Shown here: in pieces, positions 37,933 through 48,421 of the stretch
Position numbering within the stretch: the first letter of the stretch is position 1
Layout: each line of letters begins with the position of its first letter
Source of the DNA: Gemmatimonadales bacterium
Lineage (GTDB): Bacteria; Gemmatimonadota; Gemmatimonadetes; Gemmatimonadales; GWC2-71-9
Length of the DNA stretch: 64,000 bases
Assembly (NCBI GenBank): GCA_044869265.1
Contig: JBIOXD010000094.1
Span: 905-64,904, forward strand
Direction of reading: 5' to 3'
Position numbers and translations under genes: made by a program
The notes under the pieces: model-generated
Databases searched by the model: none
Seen by the model: the letters and a program-made list of their open reading frames with translations, nothing else
What the model was told of the DNA's origin: nothing

Positions 37933-38609
37933 TGGCGCTCAATCTCACGCCGTTCGGTTTTACAGCTACTGAATCCCTGGTTTACACCGTGCTCCTGCGT
38001 CTCGGCCCGTCCACGGGCTATGCCGTGGCGCGCGCCGCCCGCGTGGCCAGAGCCAACGCCTACAGCGCACTCGAGGGGCTGGTCATAAGGGGGGCCGCGA
38101 GCCGCACCCCGCCACCAACCCGTCCGGCGCGGTATCGTCCTACCGACCCCCAGAGCTTGCTCGCGCGACTTTCGTTGGCACAAGGGGAGGCGCTGGATCG
38201 CCTCAGCCGGGAACTGCGGGACATCTCGCATCCCGGGGAGCCGGTGACGCGGGAAGTGGCCGGAAGCCGCGCCGTCGCGAATCTCGTGATGCAGTTGGTC
38301 GCGCGAGCGAGCCAGAGAGTAGAAGGAGTGGTGACCGCAGAGCTGTGGCGGCCGACCCAGCCGGGCTGGCGGCGCGCGGGCGAGCGTGCGCAGATCGATG
38401 TGCGAATGACGGGCGACCGGCCCGCCGATGCGCCGGGCTGGCTGAAATCAGCCGGTGACGACGCGAGCGCGCTGCGCGCCACGATTCTCGTGATTGACGA
38501 GTCGCAACTGATCTTGACTTCAGGTGAAGGTGAGGCCGTGGCCGGCGTGTGGAGCTCGCATCCACTGATCGTGATGCTGGCGCGTCGCGCGCTGGAATCG
38601 CTGCCGTGA
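37932..38609 (+). CDS. TrmB family transcriptional regulator
   Basis: FGFTATESLVYTVLLRLGPSTGYAVARAARVARANAYSALEGLV..G...RYRPTDP; C-terminal ILVID. Confidence 0.88.
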   Translation: MALNLTPFGFTATESLVYTVLLRLGPSTGYAVARAARVARANAYSALEGLVIRGAASRTPPPTRPARYRPTDPQSLLARLSLAQGEALDRLSRELRDISHPGEPVTREVAGSRAVANLVMQLVARASQRVEGVVTAELWRPTQPGWRRAGERAQIDVRMTGDRPADAPGWLKSAGDDASALRATILVIDESQLILTSGEGEAVAGVWSSHPLIVMLARRALESLP

Positions 38610-39565
38610 GGTACCGACACGGGTTTGTCGCTCTGCTGGTAGTTGGCGCGGCGTGCCGTGCCGCGCCTATTCCAAGCGAGCAGCGTTACCCGGCGGGCAC
38701 TCCATTCCGTGCCTCGTACCGCGCAGTCGATGGGACGCAGCTTCACATCATCGATTCGGGCCGAGGAACGCCCGTGGTGTTGATTCACGGATTTGGTGCG
38801 TCGATGTACGCCTGGCGTCACACCCTTCCAGCGCTGGCAGGGTCCGGGTATCGGGTCATTGCGTTCGACAATCGTGGATTTGGATTCTCCGACAAACCGT
38901 CGCATGGCTACAGCACCGCGGCCTACGTGAAGCTCGTCGTCAGTCTCCTCGACTCGCTGGGAATCGCCAGCGCCGTCCTCGTCGGGCACTCGATGGGCGG
39001 TACGATCGCCGCTGAGGTCGCATTGGCCCATCCTGACCGTGTGAGCGGCGTCGTCCTGATCGACGCGGCCGGCTTCGGCATGCGCTGGCCGGGCGTACTC
39101 AAGATCGCCCGCTGGCCGGTCGTCGGCGCGATCGCCACCGCCTTTCGGTCGCGCTGGATCACCGCGCGCATTCTTCGCTCGACGTACGCCGACCCTTCGA
39201 AAGTCTCCGACGCCGACGTCGACCAGTACTACGCTCCCGTGCCGGATCCCAACTTCGGGCGCGCCTTGCGAGCTGTGCTGCGAGAGTTCAGGTTCGACAG
39301 TCTAGGTGGGGGAAGGTTGAGCGCGCTCCAAACACCGACGCTCGTCGTCTGGGGCGAAGCGGACCGCTGGACTCCACTGCGCGACGGAACGCGGTTCGGT
39401 CGAGAGCTGCCCCGCGGCGCGTTCGCCGTGGTGCCCGGCACCGGACACAATGCGCCCGAGGAGTCGCCCACCGAAGTGAATCGCTTGATGCTCGATTTTC
39501 TGAAGGAAGGCCTGTCTCGAATCCCGGAGAACGTCGCATGGTCCACGCCGTCCTCGCAGCTCTAG
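38606..39565 (+). CDS. Alpha/beta hydrolase lipoprotein
   Basis: GTGA overlap with the TrmB stop; GAAC lipobox; LIHGFG, DNRGFGFSDKP, GHSMGG, GH..PEE. Confidence 0.92.
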   Translation: MRYRHGFVALLVVGAACRAAPIPSEQRYPAGTPFRASYRAVDGTQLHIIDSGRGTPVVLIHGFGASMYAWRHTLPALAGSGYRVIAFDNRGFGFSDKPSHGYSTAAYVKLVVSLLDSLGIASAVLVGHSMGGTIAAEVALAHPDRVSGVVLIDAAGFGMRWPGVLKIARWPVVGAIATAFRSRWITARILRSTYADPSKVSDADVDQYYAPVPDPNFGRALRAVLREFRFDSLGGGRLSALQTPTLVVWGEADRWTPLRDGTRFGRELPRGAFAVVPGTGHNAPEESPTEVNRLMLDFLKEGLSRIPENVAWSTPSSQL

Positions 39566-42294
39566 CGCTGCAACAGCCCGTCGACTCGGCCTATACGGCC
39601 AAAATCCGTGAGCTGACGACCGAACCGCGCTTCAACACCGAGCTCACCGATCATCTCCCTGCCGACTCGCGGGTGCCGACACCGCTCAAAGCGCTGGGAT
39701 ACGTCCCGGGCGCAGTCGGGAAACTCTCCTATGTAGCTGATATCACTCGGTACTTCCGGACGCTCGATGAGGCGAGCCCCCGCGTGAAGGTGTTCGACCT
39801 GGGGACAAGCGACGAAGGGCGCCCGATGATTGTGGCCGCCATCGCCGACTCCGCGACGATCGAGCGCCTCGAACAGTATCGCGGCATCACCGCGGCACTG
39901 GCTGATCCGCGGCGCCTTACGGCCGACTCGGCTCAACGCCTGATCACAGCGGGGAAGCCGATCTACTACGCATCGGGCTCGATCCACTCGCCGGAGACCG
40001 GGTCGCCTGAGATGCTGATGGAACTGGCCTACCGGCTCGCGGTCGAGGAGACGCAGTTCATCAGACAGATTCGCGACAGCATCATTACACTGATCACGCC
40101 AGTGACCGAGGTGGACGGCCGAGACCGCCAAGTCGACATCTACCGCTACCGCAAAGCCAACAAGAACATCGGCCCGAACCTCGTCTACTGGGGCAAGTAC
40201 ACGGCGCACGACAACAACCGGGACGGCATCGTGATGTCCCAGGTGCTGACCCGGACCATGATGAAGGCGTTCTTCGACTGGCACCCTACGGTCCTGCACG
40301 ACCTCCACGAATCGGTCCCGTTTCTCTATACGTCCACGGGCACCGGTCCCTACAACCGTGAGCTCGATGCCATAGTCATCACCGAGTGGCACGAGCTGGC
40401 GTTCCAGGAGATTACGGAGCTGACGAAGCGTGGACTGCCCGGTGTCTGGACGCACGACTTCTACGACGGTTGGACTCCGAACTACATGTTCTGGGTCGCG
40501 AACGGGCACAACTCGATCGGACGGTTTTATGAGACTTACACGTCGCGGGGCGCTGACTGCCACACCGTTCAGCTGCCCGCGTCCCGCACGTCGGTGGAGT
40601 GGTTCCGTCCCAATCCGCCGATCAACGGCGTGCGCTGGTGCATCCGCAACAACGTCAACTACCAGCAATCGGCGTTGCTCATCGCGCTGAACTACATGGC
40701 GCGCAATGGACACCGCTACCTCGATCAGTTCTATCGCAAGGGGGTGCGTGCCGTGGAACGCGGCCGCGCGAAGGACGGGCCACACGCGTTCCACATTCCG
40801 GCGAACCAGGCACGGCCGGTGGAAGCGGCGAATCTGGTCAACCTGCTGCGCTTCCACGGTCTCGAGGTGCGCCGGGCCGATCGCGCGTTCAGGGCGGGCG
40901 GTGTAGACATAGCAGCGGGCGATTACGTCGTCCGACTCGATCAACCATACGGCCCCCTCGCGAAGAGCTACTTCAGCAAACAGGAATACGGTGCCGACGA
41001 CCCACGTCCGTACGACGATACGGGATGGACGCTGCAGTATGTACGCAATGTCGCGCTGAACCCGATCAAGGACACGACGGTGTTGCGCGCGCCGACGACG
41101 CTCATGACCGCCGATGCGAAAGTCAGAGGTCAGGTGTCAGGTGTTCGGGGCGCGGGGGCGTATTTGATCGCGCCGACGACGGAGAGCGGACTCACGCAGT
41201 TCCGTTTTGCCTTGCGCGATGTGCGCATGTGGGCGAGCGAGGACACGTTCACGGTCGACAAGCGCGCGTTCGGACGCGGCACGACCATTGTTCCGGCCGA
41301 GGGGCAAGGGAACCTCGAGCAGCGGGTGACGCAAGTCGCCGAATCGTTGGGTCTGAGTGTGACGGCAGTGCGCAGCACGCCTCAGGTCGCGCGCCATGAG
41401 CTCGATGTGCCGAAGATTGCGCTGGTTCACTCGTGGCTCAACACGCAAAACGAGGGATGGGTGCGGTACGCATTCGACGTGCTCAAGATTCCATACACCT
41501 ATCTCAGCGTACAGCAGCTCAAGGACCGGGAGCAGTTGAAGCAGTTCAACGTGATCGTGTTCCCGTTCGTCAACAACAACCCGCAGCAGATCGTGAACGG
41601 CACGCCCATGAACGGTCCGCCCATTCCGTGGCGCAAGACGGAGCTCACGCCAAATCTTGGCATCGACTCGACGGACGACGTGCGCCCCGGCATCGGGCTC
41701 GAGGGGATGACGGCGCTCAGCGACTGGCTCAAGGCCGGCGGGGTTCTGATCACGGAAGGCGGGACCTCCGGGGTTTTCACCGAGTTTGGTGTGACGCGAG
41801 GCGTGGACATCACACCCGCCCGCCAGCTACGCGCGAGTGGAGGGATCTATCGCGCGGTTACGAAAGACCCGAAGAGCCCCATCGCGTACGGCTACCCGGA
41901 TACGCTCGCGGTCTACTTCAATCAGCAGCCGCTCTTCCAAGTGGACACGAGCACCGAGGTCCCGGAGGACCAGGACCCCGGCCTCACCGCCGAGCAGGCC
42001 AGGGCGCGGCCTCGAGTGATCCTGGGTTTCCACCAAAAGCGGGACTCGCTGCGCCTCTCAGGGCTCCTGGTCAATGGAGAGGAGCTGGCTGGACGTCCGG
42101 CCGTCATCGATGCACCCGTGGGACAGGGCCACGTCGTGCTGTTCGCGATCCGCCCGTTCTGGCGCTGGGAGACCCAGGGGAGCTTCGCGCTCGTATTCAA
42201 CGCGATTCTCAACTGGAACGACTTGGGGATCGCGTGGCCCGCCGCGCCGCAGCCCAGCAGGCGGCCAGTGGCGGCGCCGAACGATGGACCATAG
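39538..42294 (+). CDS. M14 zinc carboxypeptidase family protein
   Basis: SIHSPE, HDNNRD, HDLHE, QNEGWVRY. Confidence 0.9.
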   Translation: MVHAVLAALALQQPVDSAYTAKIRELTTEPRFNTELTDHLPADSRVPTPLKALGYVPGAVGKLSYVADITRYFRTLDEASPRVKVFDLGTSDEGRPMIVAAIADSATIERLEQYRGITAALADPRRLTADSAQRLITAGKPIYYASGSIHSPETGSPEMLMELAYRLAVEETQFIRQIRDSIITLITPVTEVDGRDRQVDIYRYRKANKNIGPNLVYWGKYTAHDNNRDGIVMSQVLTRTMMKAFFDWHPTVLHDLHESVPFLYTSTGTGPYNRELDAIVITEWHELAFQEITELTKRGLPGVWTHDFYDGWTPNYMFWVANGHNSIGRFYETYTSRGADCHTVQLPASRTSVEWFRPNPPINGVRWCIRNNVNYQQSALLIALNYMARNGHRYLDQFYRKGVRAVERGRAKDGPHAFHIPANQARPVEAANLVNLLRFHGLEVRRADRAFRAGGVDIAAGDYVVRLDQPYGPLAKSYFSKQEYGADDPRPYDDTGWTLQYVRNVALNPIKDTTVLRAPTTLMTADAKVRGQVSGVRGAGAYLIAPTTESGLTQFRFALRDVRMWASEDTFTVDKRAFGRGTTIVPAEGQGNLEQRVTQVAESLGLSVTAVRSTPQVARHELDVPKIALVHSWLNTQNEGWVRYAFDVLKIPYTYLSVQQLKDREQLKQFNVIVFPFVNNNPQQIVNGTPMNGPPIPWRKTELTPNLGIDSTDDVRPGIGLEGMTALSDWLKAGGVLITEGGTSGVFTEFGVTRGVDITPARQLRASGGIYRAVTKDPKSPIAYGYPDTLAVYFNQQPLFQVDTSTEVPEDQDPGLTAEQARARPRVILGFHQKRDSLRLSGLLVNGEELAGRPAVIDAPVGQGHVVLFAIRPFWRWETQGSFALVFNAILNWNDLGIAWPAAPQPSRRPVAAPNDGP

Positions 42295-42299
42295 ATTAA

Positions 42300-42317
42300 A
42301 TCAACCAAACGGTTGAT
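42300..42317. promoter_or_regulatory. Putative TetR operator
   Basis: Perfect inverted repeat ATCAACC-aaac-GGTTGAT, 10 nt before ATG 42328. Confidence 0.72.
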
Positions 42318-42327
42318 GTGAGCGAAC

Positions 42328-42912
42328 ATGCCGCCTAAGTTGAGCAATGACCGGGCATTACGAATCTGCGCCGCCGCCCGCGAGGAGTTCGCGCGGCGCG
42401 GCTTTGCTGGGGCTCGAGTTGAGCAGATCGCCCGACGCGCCGGCGTGAACAAGCAGTTGCTGTTTTACTACTACCACTCCAAGCGCGGGCTCTTTCACTC
42501 CGTCCTCACGCAGGCCGCCGGGGAGCTTGAGAACGCGCTCTCCAGTCTCGCGCTGCCCGGGGGTGGCCCGTTGGATCGGCTGCGCCTCACGCTCCAGACG
42601 CAATTCGAGTTTCTCGCCCGCAACCCGCAGATCGTCGCTTTGCTCGGTCAGGGAAGCCGCTCGAACACCGCCTTTGCGCCGGCGATCAAACGCCTGGTGG
42701 TTCTGCTTGCCGAAGGGCAGGGGTTGGGGCAGGTGCGCGACGACCTCGATCCTCATCTCGCGGCAGCGCAGGCCCTGGTTCTGATGATCGGCTACTTGGC
42801 GATGGAGGGTGTGGTCGCAGCAAGCGCTCGCCCACTCGATGAACCCGCCCTGCGAGAGCGGTGGCGTGAAGCGGCCGTTGACCTTGTGGTGAACGGCGTC
42901 CGGGCTGCCTAA
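42328..42912 (+). CDS. TetR family transcriptional regulator
   Basis: AAAREEFARRGFAGARVEQIARRAGVNKQLLFYYYHSKRGLF. Confidence 0.93.
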   Translation: MPPKLSNDRALRICAAAREEFARRGFAGARVEQIARRAGVNKQLLFYYYHSKRGLFHSVLTQAAGELENALSSLALPGGGPLDRLRLTLQTQFEFLARNPQIVALLGQGSRSNTAFAPAIKRLVVLLAEGQGLGQVRDDLDPHLAAAQALVLMIGYLAMEGVVAASARPLDEPALRERWREAAVDLVVNGVRAA

Positions 42913-45833
42913 AAACTGAATTCGACGCCGAACCGGATGCGGCGGCCCGGCCCGTAGAAGCGATAAGGGGCGTTCACGAGATCGTACCACGCTCCGAACG
43001 AGGACGTGTACTCCGACCGGGTAAACAGACCGTCGCTGTTGCCGAAACGTCGCTCGGCGCGCTGTAACAGCACGCAGTCCGCCGGACCGCCGGCGCCGTT
43101 CGACGCGCGGGCGCTCCAACCAGCGCACACACCCGGGCTGCTCAGGTCCACTGCAGATTCCCCCGACCCGGTCATCGTCAGCAGACCCTCCCCTCGCGCC
43201 TCGTTCTCCAGTTGCACGACCTGCTCATCTACCCACCGAGCGCGGTGCAGAGCATTGGTCGTTTCCCCTGTCTCGGTGAAGATGTCCGTCAGGTTTGTCC
43301 AGTTGAACAGATTCTTGGATTCCAGGAAGACGGCACCCCTCCACCGACCCTCGATGGGGAAGGAGCGCGTGATCCGAACGTCGAACGTCTTGAACAGTGG
43401 TAGCGTCGACGAGGTCTCTCGCTCGAATCCCCCATCCTCGATTGTCAAACCCGCACCGGCGTTTTGCTGCAGCGTGTAGCGCCGATTGCTGCTGAAACGG
43501 AGTATCGAGTAGATGTCGGTATACTCGAGCAGCGCGCCGAGTGGCGCGTCTTTCGCGAATGTGACGGCGGCCAAAGCCGACGCAAAGGTGCGGGCACCTT
43601 CGATTGCCGGCCCGTCCTGGTGACTCAGGCTTACGGAGCCCGTGAACACGTTCGAGAAGCGGCGCTCGAGCAGCGCGTCGATACCCCGAACGTTGCCGCG
43701 GTCGGTGATACTCCAGACTCGCCAGGATCCCGGAGCTCCTCCTTGCCCCGGGTCGGCGAACTGCTCCAAGCGCACCGCCTCGTCCGAGAGATTCGCCGAA
43801 TACACGCTGACATCCACGAACGAGCGTTGTTCGCCCGCAAAGGTGATGTGGGCGCCCGCCTCGATGACCTCCGCGTGCGCGGGGCCGATGTCGCGCCCAA
43901 ATGCCTGGGTTCGATTGGTCAGGACCAAATCGGTGTTCTTATACGCGAAGAGACTCTCAAAGCTCGGGTCACGTGCCTGCCGCCCGATGGCGAAACGGAC
44001 CGTCGCCCGTGGCCATGCAGTGAACAGCACGCGCAGCTGAGGACTCAGCATCGAGTGCACGCTCGCCCGCCTGAAGTTGGCCGTCGGATCGAGCGGGTCG
44101 AATGGCTTTAACCGGAATGTGTCGCTGCCCGACACCGCGATCGTATCGGTGATCGAAGAAATGCGTCCCGGCACGACAGGATACGAGGAACGGCTGTCGA
44201 AACGATCGAGGCGCAGGCCCCCGATTAACTCGAATGCTCCGATGTTCAGCCGGTCCTCGAGGTAGGCCCCCATCCGCGATGGGTGTTCCGCGTACCCATT
44301 GACCGGAGATGGCGCAATCGTTCCTGCTGTATAACGCCGGGTACCGAAACTCGCGAAATCAACGCCCGCCGAGAGTTGCTGATTTGAAGCCGGCAACCAA
44401 TCGAAACCGATCTGTGCTTGCCACCGGCGCTCATAACTCAGGTCAAACGGGGAATCGAGTCCGCTCGTGAAAAACGGCAGGTGGACATTCTGCTCGACGG
44501 CGTAGGGGTTCATGCGGTACGGCTGGGCCGAGAGCAGGTCGTCGCGGTCGAGGAACGGCACGAGATCCTGGCAGAACGCGATACCGGCTTGCAAGCACGT
44601 GATCTGCGTGTCGTCCAAGTATCCCACGCCTGTATGCGTCGTGCCCGCGATCGTGACGTTGTGCCGAGTTGACACGTCGGTCACGAAGCTCAGTGGCTCG
44701 CCGGGAAGGGTGCTTCCCAAATCAACGGACTGCTCTTCTGATGCGCCCGTGAGCGCTCCTGCCGCTCGCTCATCATTCTGGTACGAGGCATTGATGTTTA
44801 ACCGGACCGGACGGCCGTTGACATTGAGCAAACCGTGCTGCCAGTCGAGAACCAGCACGTTATTGCTAACGCGCGAAGCCGTTCGATTCGCAGGATTGTA
44901 GAGCGCGGTAACTGGAAAGTCGCGCGCCTGCTGCCGGCCGGAGAGGAAGGTGAGACTCACGCGGCCATCCGTCCCGTAGGAACGCTGCAGTTTTGCCTGC
45001 AATACGGTTGAGCCGCGCCCCGTGAAGGGGACCATCAGGCCGTAGCATTTGCTTCCATTGCGCGACTTGTCGCAATAGCCCGAGTACTGGACGAAGCTCG
45101 GGATCGCGAGGTCGATGGTGTCACTCGCCGGATTCCCGAAATCCACAGGCTGGCGAATAGTCGTATCTGTGCCGCTCGCAAGGTAGACCGGCGCTTGCTC
45201 GTCGCGCAGTTTCTCGGTTTCCATCGATTCTTGCCCGTCGGCCTGAAGCGCGATGAGGGCCGTGAACCCAGCAGGAAGGCCTCCACTGGCAATGCCCTGG
45301 ATGCGCGTAAAACCGACATTGCGCCACGGTTCGAAGGGAGACTCCTTGTTGCCAAAACGGTCACCGCGACCACCAAAATCCACGGTCCACTCCCGTCCGC
45401 CAATCGCCGTCTCGATGTCGAGCGATCCCATGCGTTGAGCGCCCCGGGCTGCCGGCGCGAGTCCGGTCGTAATCGCAACCGAGTGAATTCCCCAGAGCGG
45501 CGGCAGCAACTCCGCGTCCAGCCGCTGACCGTTGCGGATCAAAGCACCATCGACGTAAATGGCGCCATCACCGGTCAGCCCACCGCGGAACGAGAAGGCG
45601 CGAGGATTGGTGAGCCCGTAGACGCCGGGCACCAGAACCGGTACGTCGAGTACATCGTCGATCGGCAAGCGCCGAAGCACCATCGAATCGTACACGATCG
45701 TGCGGTTGGCTTTCGCGCGGCCGACAGAGGAATCGCGAGCCGGTGCTGCGGACGTGGTATCCTGCGCAAGCAGCGGCGCCGCGACAGCCAGTGAAACAGC
45801 CGCCGCGGCGTGGAGATACCGCTCGTATCGCAT
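42909..45833 (-). CDS. TonB-dependent receptor
   Basis: Signal peptide, plug (PGV..FRGG..YVDG), GLRLDRF, SPQL, FD.RITR, NLFN, C-terminal GRRIRFGVEFSF. Confidence 0.85.
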   Translation of the reverse strand: MRYERYLHAAAAVSLAVAAPLLAQDTTSAAPARDSSVGRAKANRTIVYDSMVLRRLPIDDVLDVPVLVPGVYGLTNPRAFSFRGGLTGDGAIYVDGALIRNGQRLDAELLPPLWGIHSVAITTGLAPAARGAQRMGSLDIETAIGGREWTVDFGGRGDRFGNKESPFEPWRNVGFTRIQGIASGGLPAGFTALIALQADGQESMETEKLRDEQAPVYLASGTDTTIRQPVDFGNPASDTIDLAIPSFVQYSGYCDKSRNGSKCYGLMVPFTGRGSTVLQAKLQRSYGTDGRVSLTFLSGRQQARDFPVTALYNPANRTASRVSNNVLVLDWQHGLLNVNGRPVRLNINASYQNDERAAGALTGASEEQSVDLGSTLPGEPLSFVTDVSTRHNVTIAGTTHTGVGYLDDTQITCLQAGIAFCQDLVPFLDRDDLLSAQPYRMNPYAVEQNVHLPFFTSGLDSPFDLSYERRWQAQIGFDWLPASNQQLSAGVDFASFGTRRYTAGTIAPSPVNGYAEHPSRMGAYLEDRLNIGAFELIGGLRLDRFDSRSSYPVVPGRISSITDTIAVSGSDTFRLKPFDPLDPTANFRRASVHSMLSPQLRVLFTAWPRATVRFAIGRQARDPSFESLFAYKNTDLVLTNRTQAFGRDIGPAHAEVIEAGAHITFAGEQRSFVDVSVYSANLSDEAVRLEQFADPGQGGAPGSWRVWSITDRGNVRGIDALLERRFSNVFTGSVSLSHQDGPAIEGARTFASALAAVTFAKDAPLGALLEYTDIYSILRFSSNRRYTLQQNAGAGLTIEDGGFERETSSTLPLFKTFDVRITRSFPIEGRWRGAVFLESKNLFNWTNLTDIFTETGETTNALHRARWVDEQVVQLENEARGEGLLTMTGSGESAVDLSSPGVCAGWSARASNGAGGPADCVLLQRAERRFGNSDGLFTRSEYTSSFGAWYDLVNAPYRFYGPGRRIRFGVEFSF

Positions 45834-45855
45834 GGACCTACTACACCGTTGAACC

Positions 45856-48282
45856 CTAGTGGTGCGCCACGAACCCCGGGCCGACCTGCGCCTCGGTCTC
45901 GAAGATCAAATGCCCCGCCTCGTAACGCGCCCCACGCAACGCCAGGCTCAACACCTCTCCCAACTCCTGGACTAGATGGACACCCAGCGTTTTCCGGACC
46001 TCCTCTGGGAGGTCGTCGAGATCCCGCTCGTTGTCCTTCGGCAGGATCACCGACGTAATCCCCGCCCGCACGGCGCCCAACACCTTCTCTTTCACTCCGC
46101 CAATCGGCAAGATTCGGCCGCGGAGCGTAATCTCGCCCGTCATCGCGATGTCATGCCGCGCGGGCCGCCGCGACAGCGCAGATACCAATGCCGTAGCCAT
46201 CGTCACGCCTGCCGACGGACCGTCCTTGGGGATGGCGCCCGCCGGAACGTGCACATGGATGTCCGTATCCACGAACGCGCCGATGGGAATCCCGAGCAGG
46301 TCGGCGTGCGACTTGGCATACGTCAGGGCGGCGCGAGCCGATTCCTTCATGACGTCGCCCAGCTGCCCCGTCAGCACCAGCTCGCCCTTGCCGCGCATCA
46401 CGCTCGCTTCGACGAACATGATGTCCCCCCCGACGGGCGTGTAATACATTCCCGTCGCCACGCCGACCTGATCCTCGCCCGCCATGCGCTCCGGGTGCAC
46501 CTTCGGCCGGCCAATGAGATCCGGCACCTCCTCGGCTCCGACGGTGACACGCTCGGCCTGACCGTCGGCGATCTTGCGCGCAACCTTGCGGCCGAGCTTG
46601 CCGATTTCGCGCTCCAGCTGGCGCACGCCCGCTTCGCGCGTGTAGCTCGCGACGATCTCGCTCAGCGCGCCGTCCTTCAGCGTCAGCTGGTCGCTGCGCA
46701 ACCCGTTCTCGCGCAGCTGCCGCGGTACGAGATAACGCTTCGCAATCTCCAGCTTCTCGCGCTCTGTGTATCCCGCAAAGGTCACGGTCTCGAGACGGTC
46801 GAGCAGTGGGCCTGGGATGTTCTGGATGAAGTTCGCCGTAGCGATAAAGAGCACTTCCGACAGGTCGAACGGGACACCGAGGTAATGATCGGTGAACGAG
46901 TCGTTCTGCGCCGGATCGAGGACCTCCAGTAGGGCAGCCGCAGGATCTCCCTGGAACGAAATCCCCAGCTTGTCGACTTCGTCGAGCAGGAAGATCGGGT
47001 TTTTCGCGCCCGCCTGCTTCATGCCCTGAATGATGCGTCCGGGCATCGCCCCGACGTAGGTCCGCCGGTGGCCCCGAATATCCGCCTCGTCACGGGCGCC
47101 GCCGAGCGAAATCCGTACGTACGGACGTCCCATCGCCCGGGCGATGGACTTCGCGATCGAGGTCTTGCCAACGCCCGGTGGCCCGACGAACAGCAGTGTC
47201 GGCGCTCGCGCGGCTCGATCGTCTTCGTTCCCCGGCGACTCTTCCTTGGGCTGGCGCTGGCGGAGTTGACGCACCGCCAGGAACTCGAGAACCTGGTCCT
47301 TCACATCCTGCAGGCCGTAATGATCCTCCTCGAGAATCTGGGCGGCGCGCTTGAGATCGAGGGACTCCTCGGCCCGCTTGCCCCACGGCAGCTCCGCGAT
47401 CGTTTCGAGGTAGGTGCGGATGACCTGAGCCTCCATCGACTCGCGGCCGGCGCGCTCCAAGCGAGCGAGCTCACGATTGACCTCCTTGCGCGCGGCTTCC
47501 GGCAGGGTGAGCGCGTCGAGGCGCTTCTTGAGATCATCAGCCTCGGCTGCGTCCTCCTCTTCACCCAGCTCTTTGCGAATGGCCTTCATCTGCTCGCGCA
47601 GCAGCATCTCGCGCTGGCGCTCGCCCAACTCCTCCTGGACCTGCGACTTGATGTCTTCCTGGGCGTCGAGCACCGCGATCTGACGCTGCACGTGCACCAG
47701 CACCCGCCGCAGCCGGTCTTCGACGGCGAGGGTCTCGAGCAGTTGCTGGCGCTCGAGGGACTGAACGTCGAGGTGGCCGGCCACGAGATCGGCCAGTGCG
47801 CCGGGGTCGCGAACACCTTGAAGGACTTGCTGTACGACTTCCGTGGGCAATCCCGACTTTTGGCCAAGCTCGGCAGCCCGCTCGCGCACTTCACGATGCA
47901 ACGCTACGAAGGCGGCGTCCTTCTCATTAAGAGGAGGGAGGTCGGGTGTTTCCCGAACGGTCGCTTCGAGATATCCGTTCGTCTCGGTATAATGGACCGC
48001 AGTGCCGCGGCTGTCACCGTTCAAGATCAGTTGGACGCCGCCGAGGTTGCGCTGCACCTGGCTGATGCGCGCGATTGTCCCGGTCGTATAAAGGACACCC
48101 GGCGAGACCTGATCGACGTTTTCTTTCTGGGCGACCGCGAACACTCTGCGCTGTGGATCCTTCAACGCGGCTTCAATGGCTCGGAGGGTCGCGGGGCGGC
48201 CGGCACCAATCGGTGAGGCGACGCCGGGGAACAGCACGGCGTCACGCAGCGGCAATACTGGAAGTGTCATCCGATCGGACAT
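45856..48282 (-). CDS. lon: Endopeptidase La
   Basis: LPVLPLRDAVLFP, GPPGVGKTS, LLDEVDK, PKDGPSAG, GGVKEK; AAAGGAG Shine-Dalgarno before ATG 48282. Confidence 0.97.
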   Translation of the reverse strand: MSDRMTLPVLPLRDAVLFPGVASPIGAGRPATLRAIEAALKDPQRRVFAVAQKENVDQVSPGVLYTTGTIARISQVQRNLGGVQLILNGDSRGTAVHYTETNGYLEATVRETPDLPPLNEKDAAFVALHREVRERAAELGQKSGLPTEVVQQVLQGVRDPGALADLVAGHLDVQSLERQQLLETLAVEDRLRRVLVHVQRQIAVLDAQEDIKSQVQEELGERQREMLLREQMKAIRKELGEEEDAAEADDLKKRLDALTLPEAARKEVNRELARLERAGRESMEAQVIRTYLETIAELPWGKRAEESLDLKRAAQILEEDHYGLQDVKDQVLEFLAVRQLRQRQPKEESPGNEDDRAARAPTLLFVGPPGVGKTSIAKSIARAMGRPYVRISLGGARDEADIRGHRRTYVGAMPGRIIQGMKQAGAKNPIFLLDEVDKLGISFQGDPAAALLEVLDPAQNDSFTDHYLGVPFDLSEVLFIATANFIQNIPGPLLDRLETVTFAGYTEREKLEIAKRYLVPRQLRENGLRSDQLTLKDGALSEIVASYTREAGVRQLEREIGKLGRKVARKIADGQAERVTVGAEEVPDLIGRPKVHPERMAGEDQVGVATGMYYTPVGGDIMFVEASVMRGKGELVLTGQLGDVMKESARAALTYAKSHADLLGIPIGAFVDTDIHVHVPAGAIPKDGPSAGVTMATALVSALSRRPARHDIAMTGEITLRGRILPIGGVKEKVLGAVRAGITSVILPKDNERDLDDLPEEVRKTLGVHLVQELGEVLSLALRGARYEAGHLIFETEAQVGPGFVAHH

Positions 48283-48312
48283 GAAATCTCCTTTGGAATG
48301 GAGACGGCCGAA

Positions 48313-48328
48313 TGCACCCACTGTGCCA
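48313..48328 (-). promoter_or_regulatory. Sigma54 (-24/-12) promoter for lon
   Basis: TGGCACAGTGGGTGCA, i.e. GG-N10-GC, about 30 nt upstream of the start codon. Confidence 0.65.
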
Positions 48329-48421
48329 CCAAAAAACGTCGCCTGCGGCAGGCTCGTTCCAGGAAATGCCGCCAAAGCGGCGGGGGCTGCCAACTCGACT
48401 TGGGAAGGCTAATCTTAGGCC

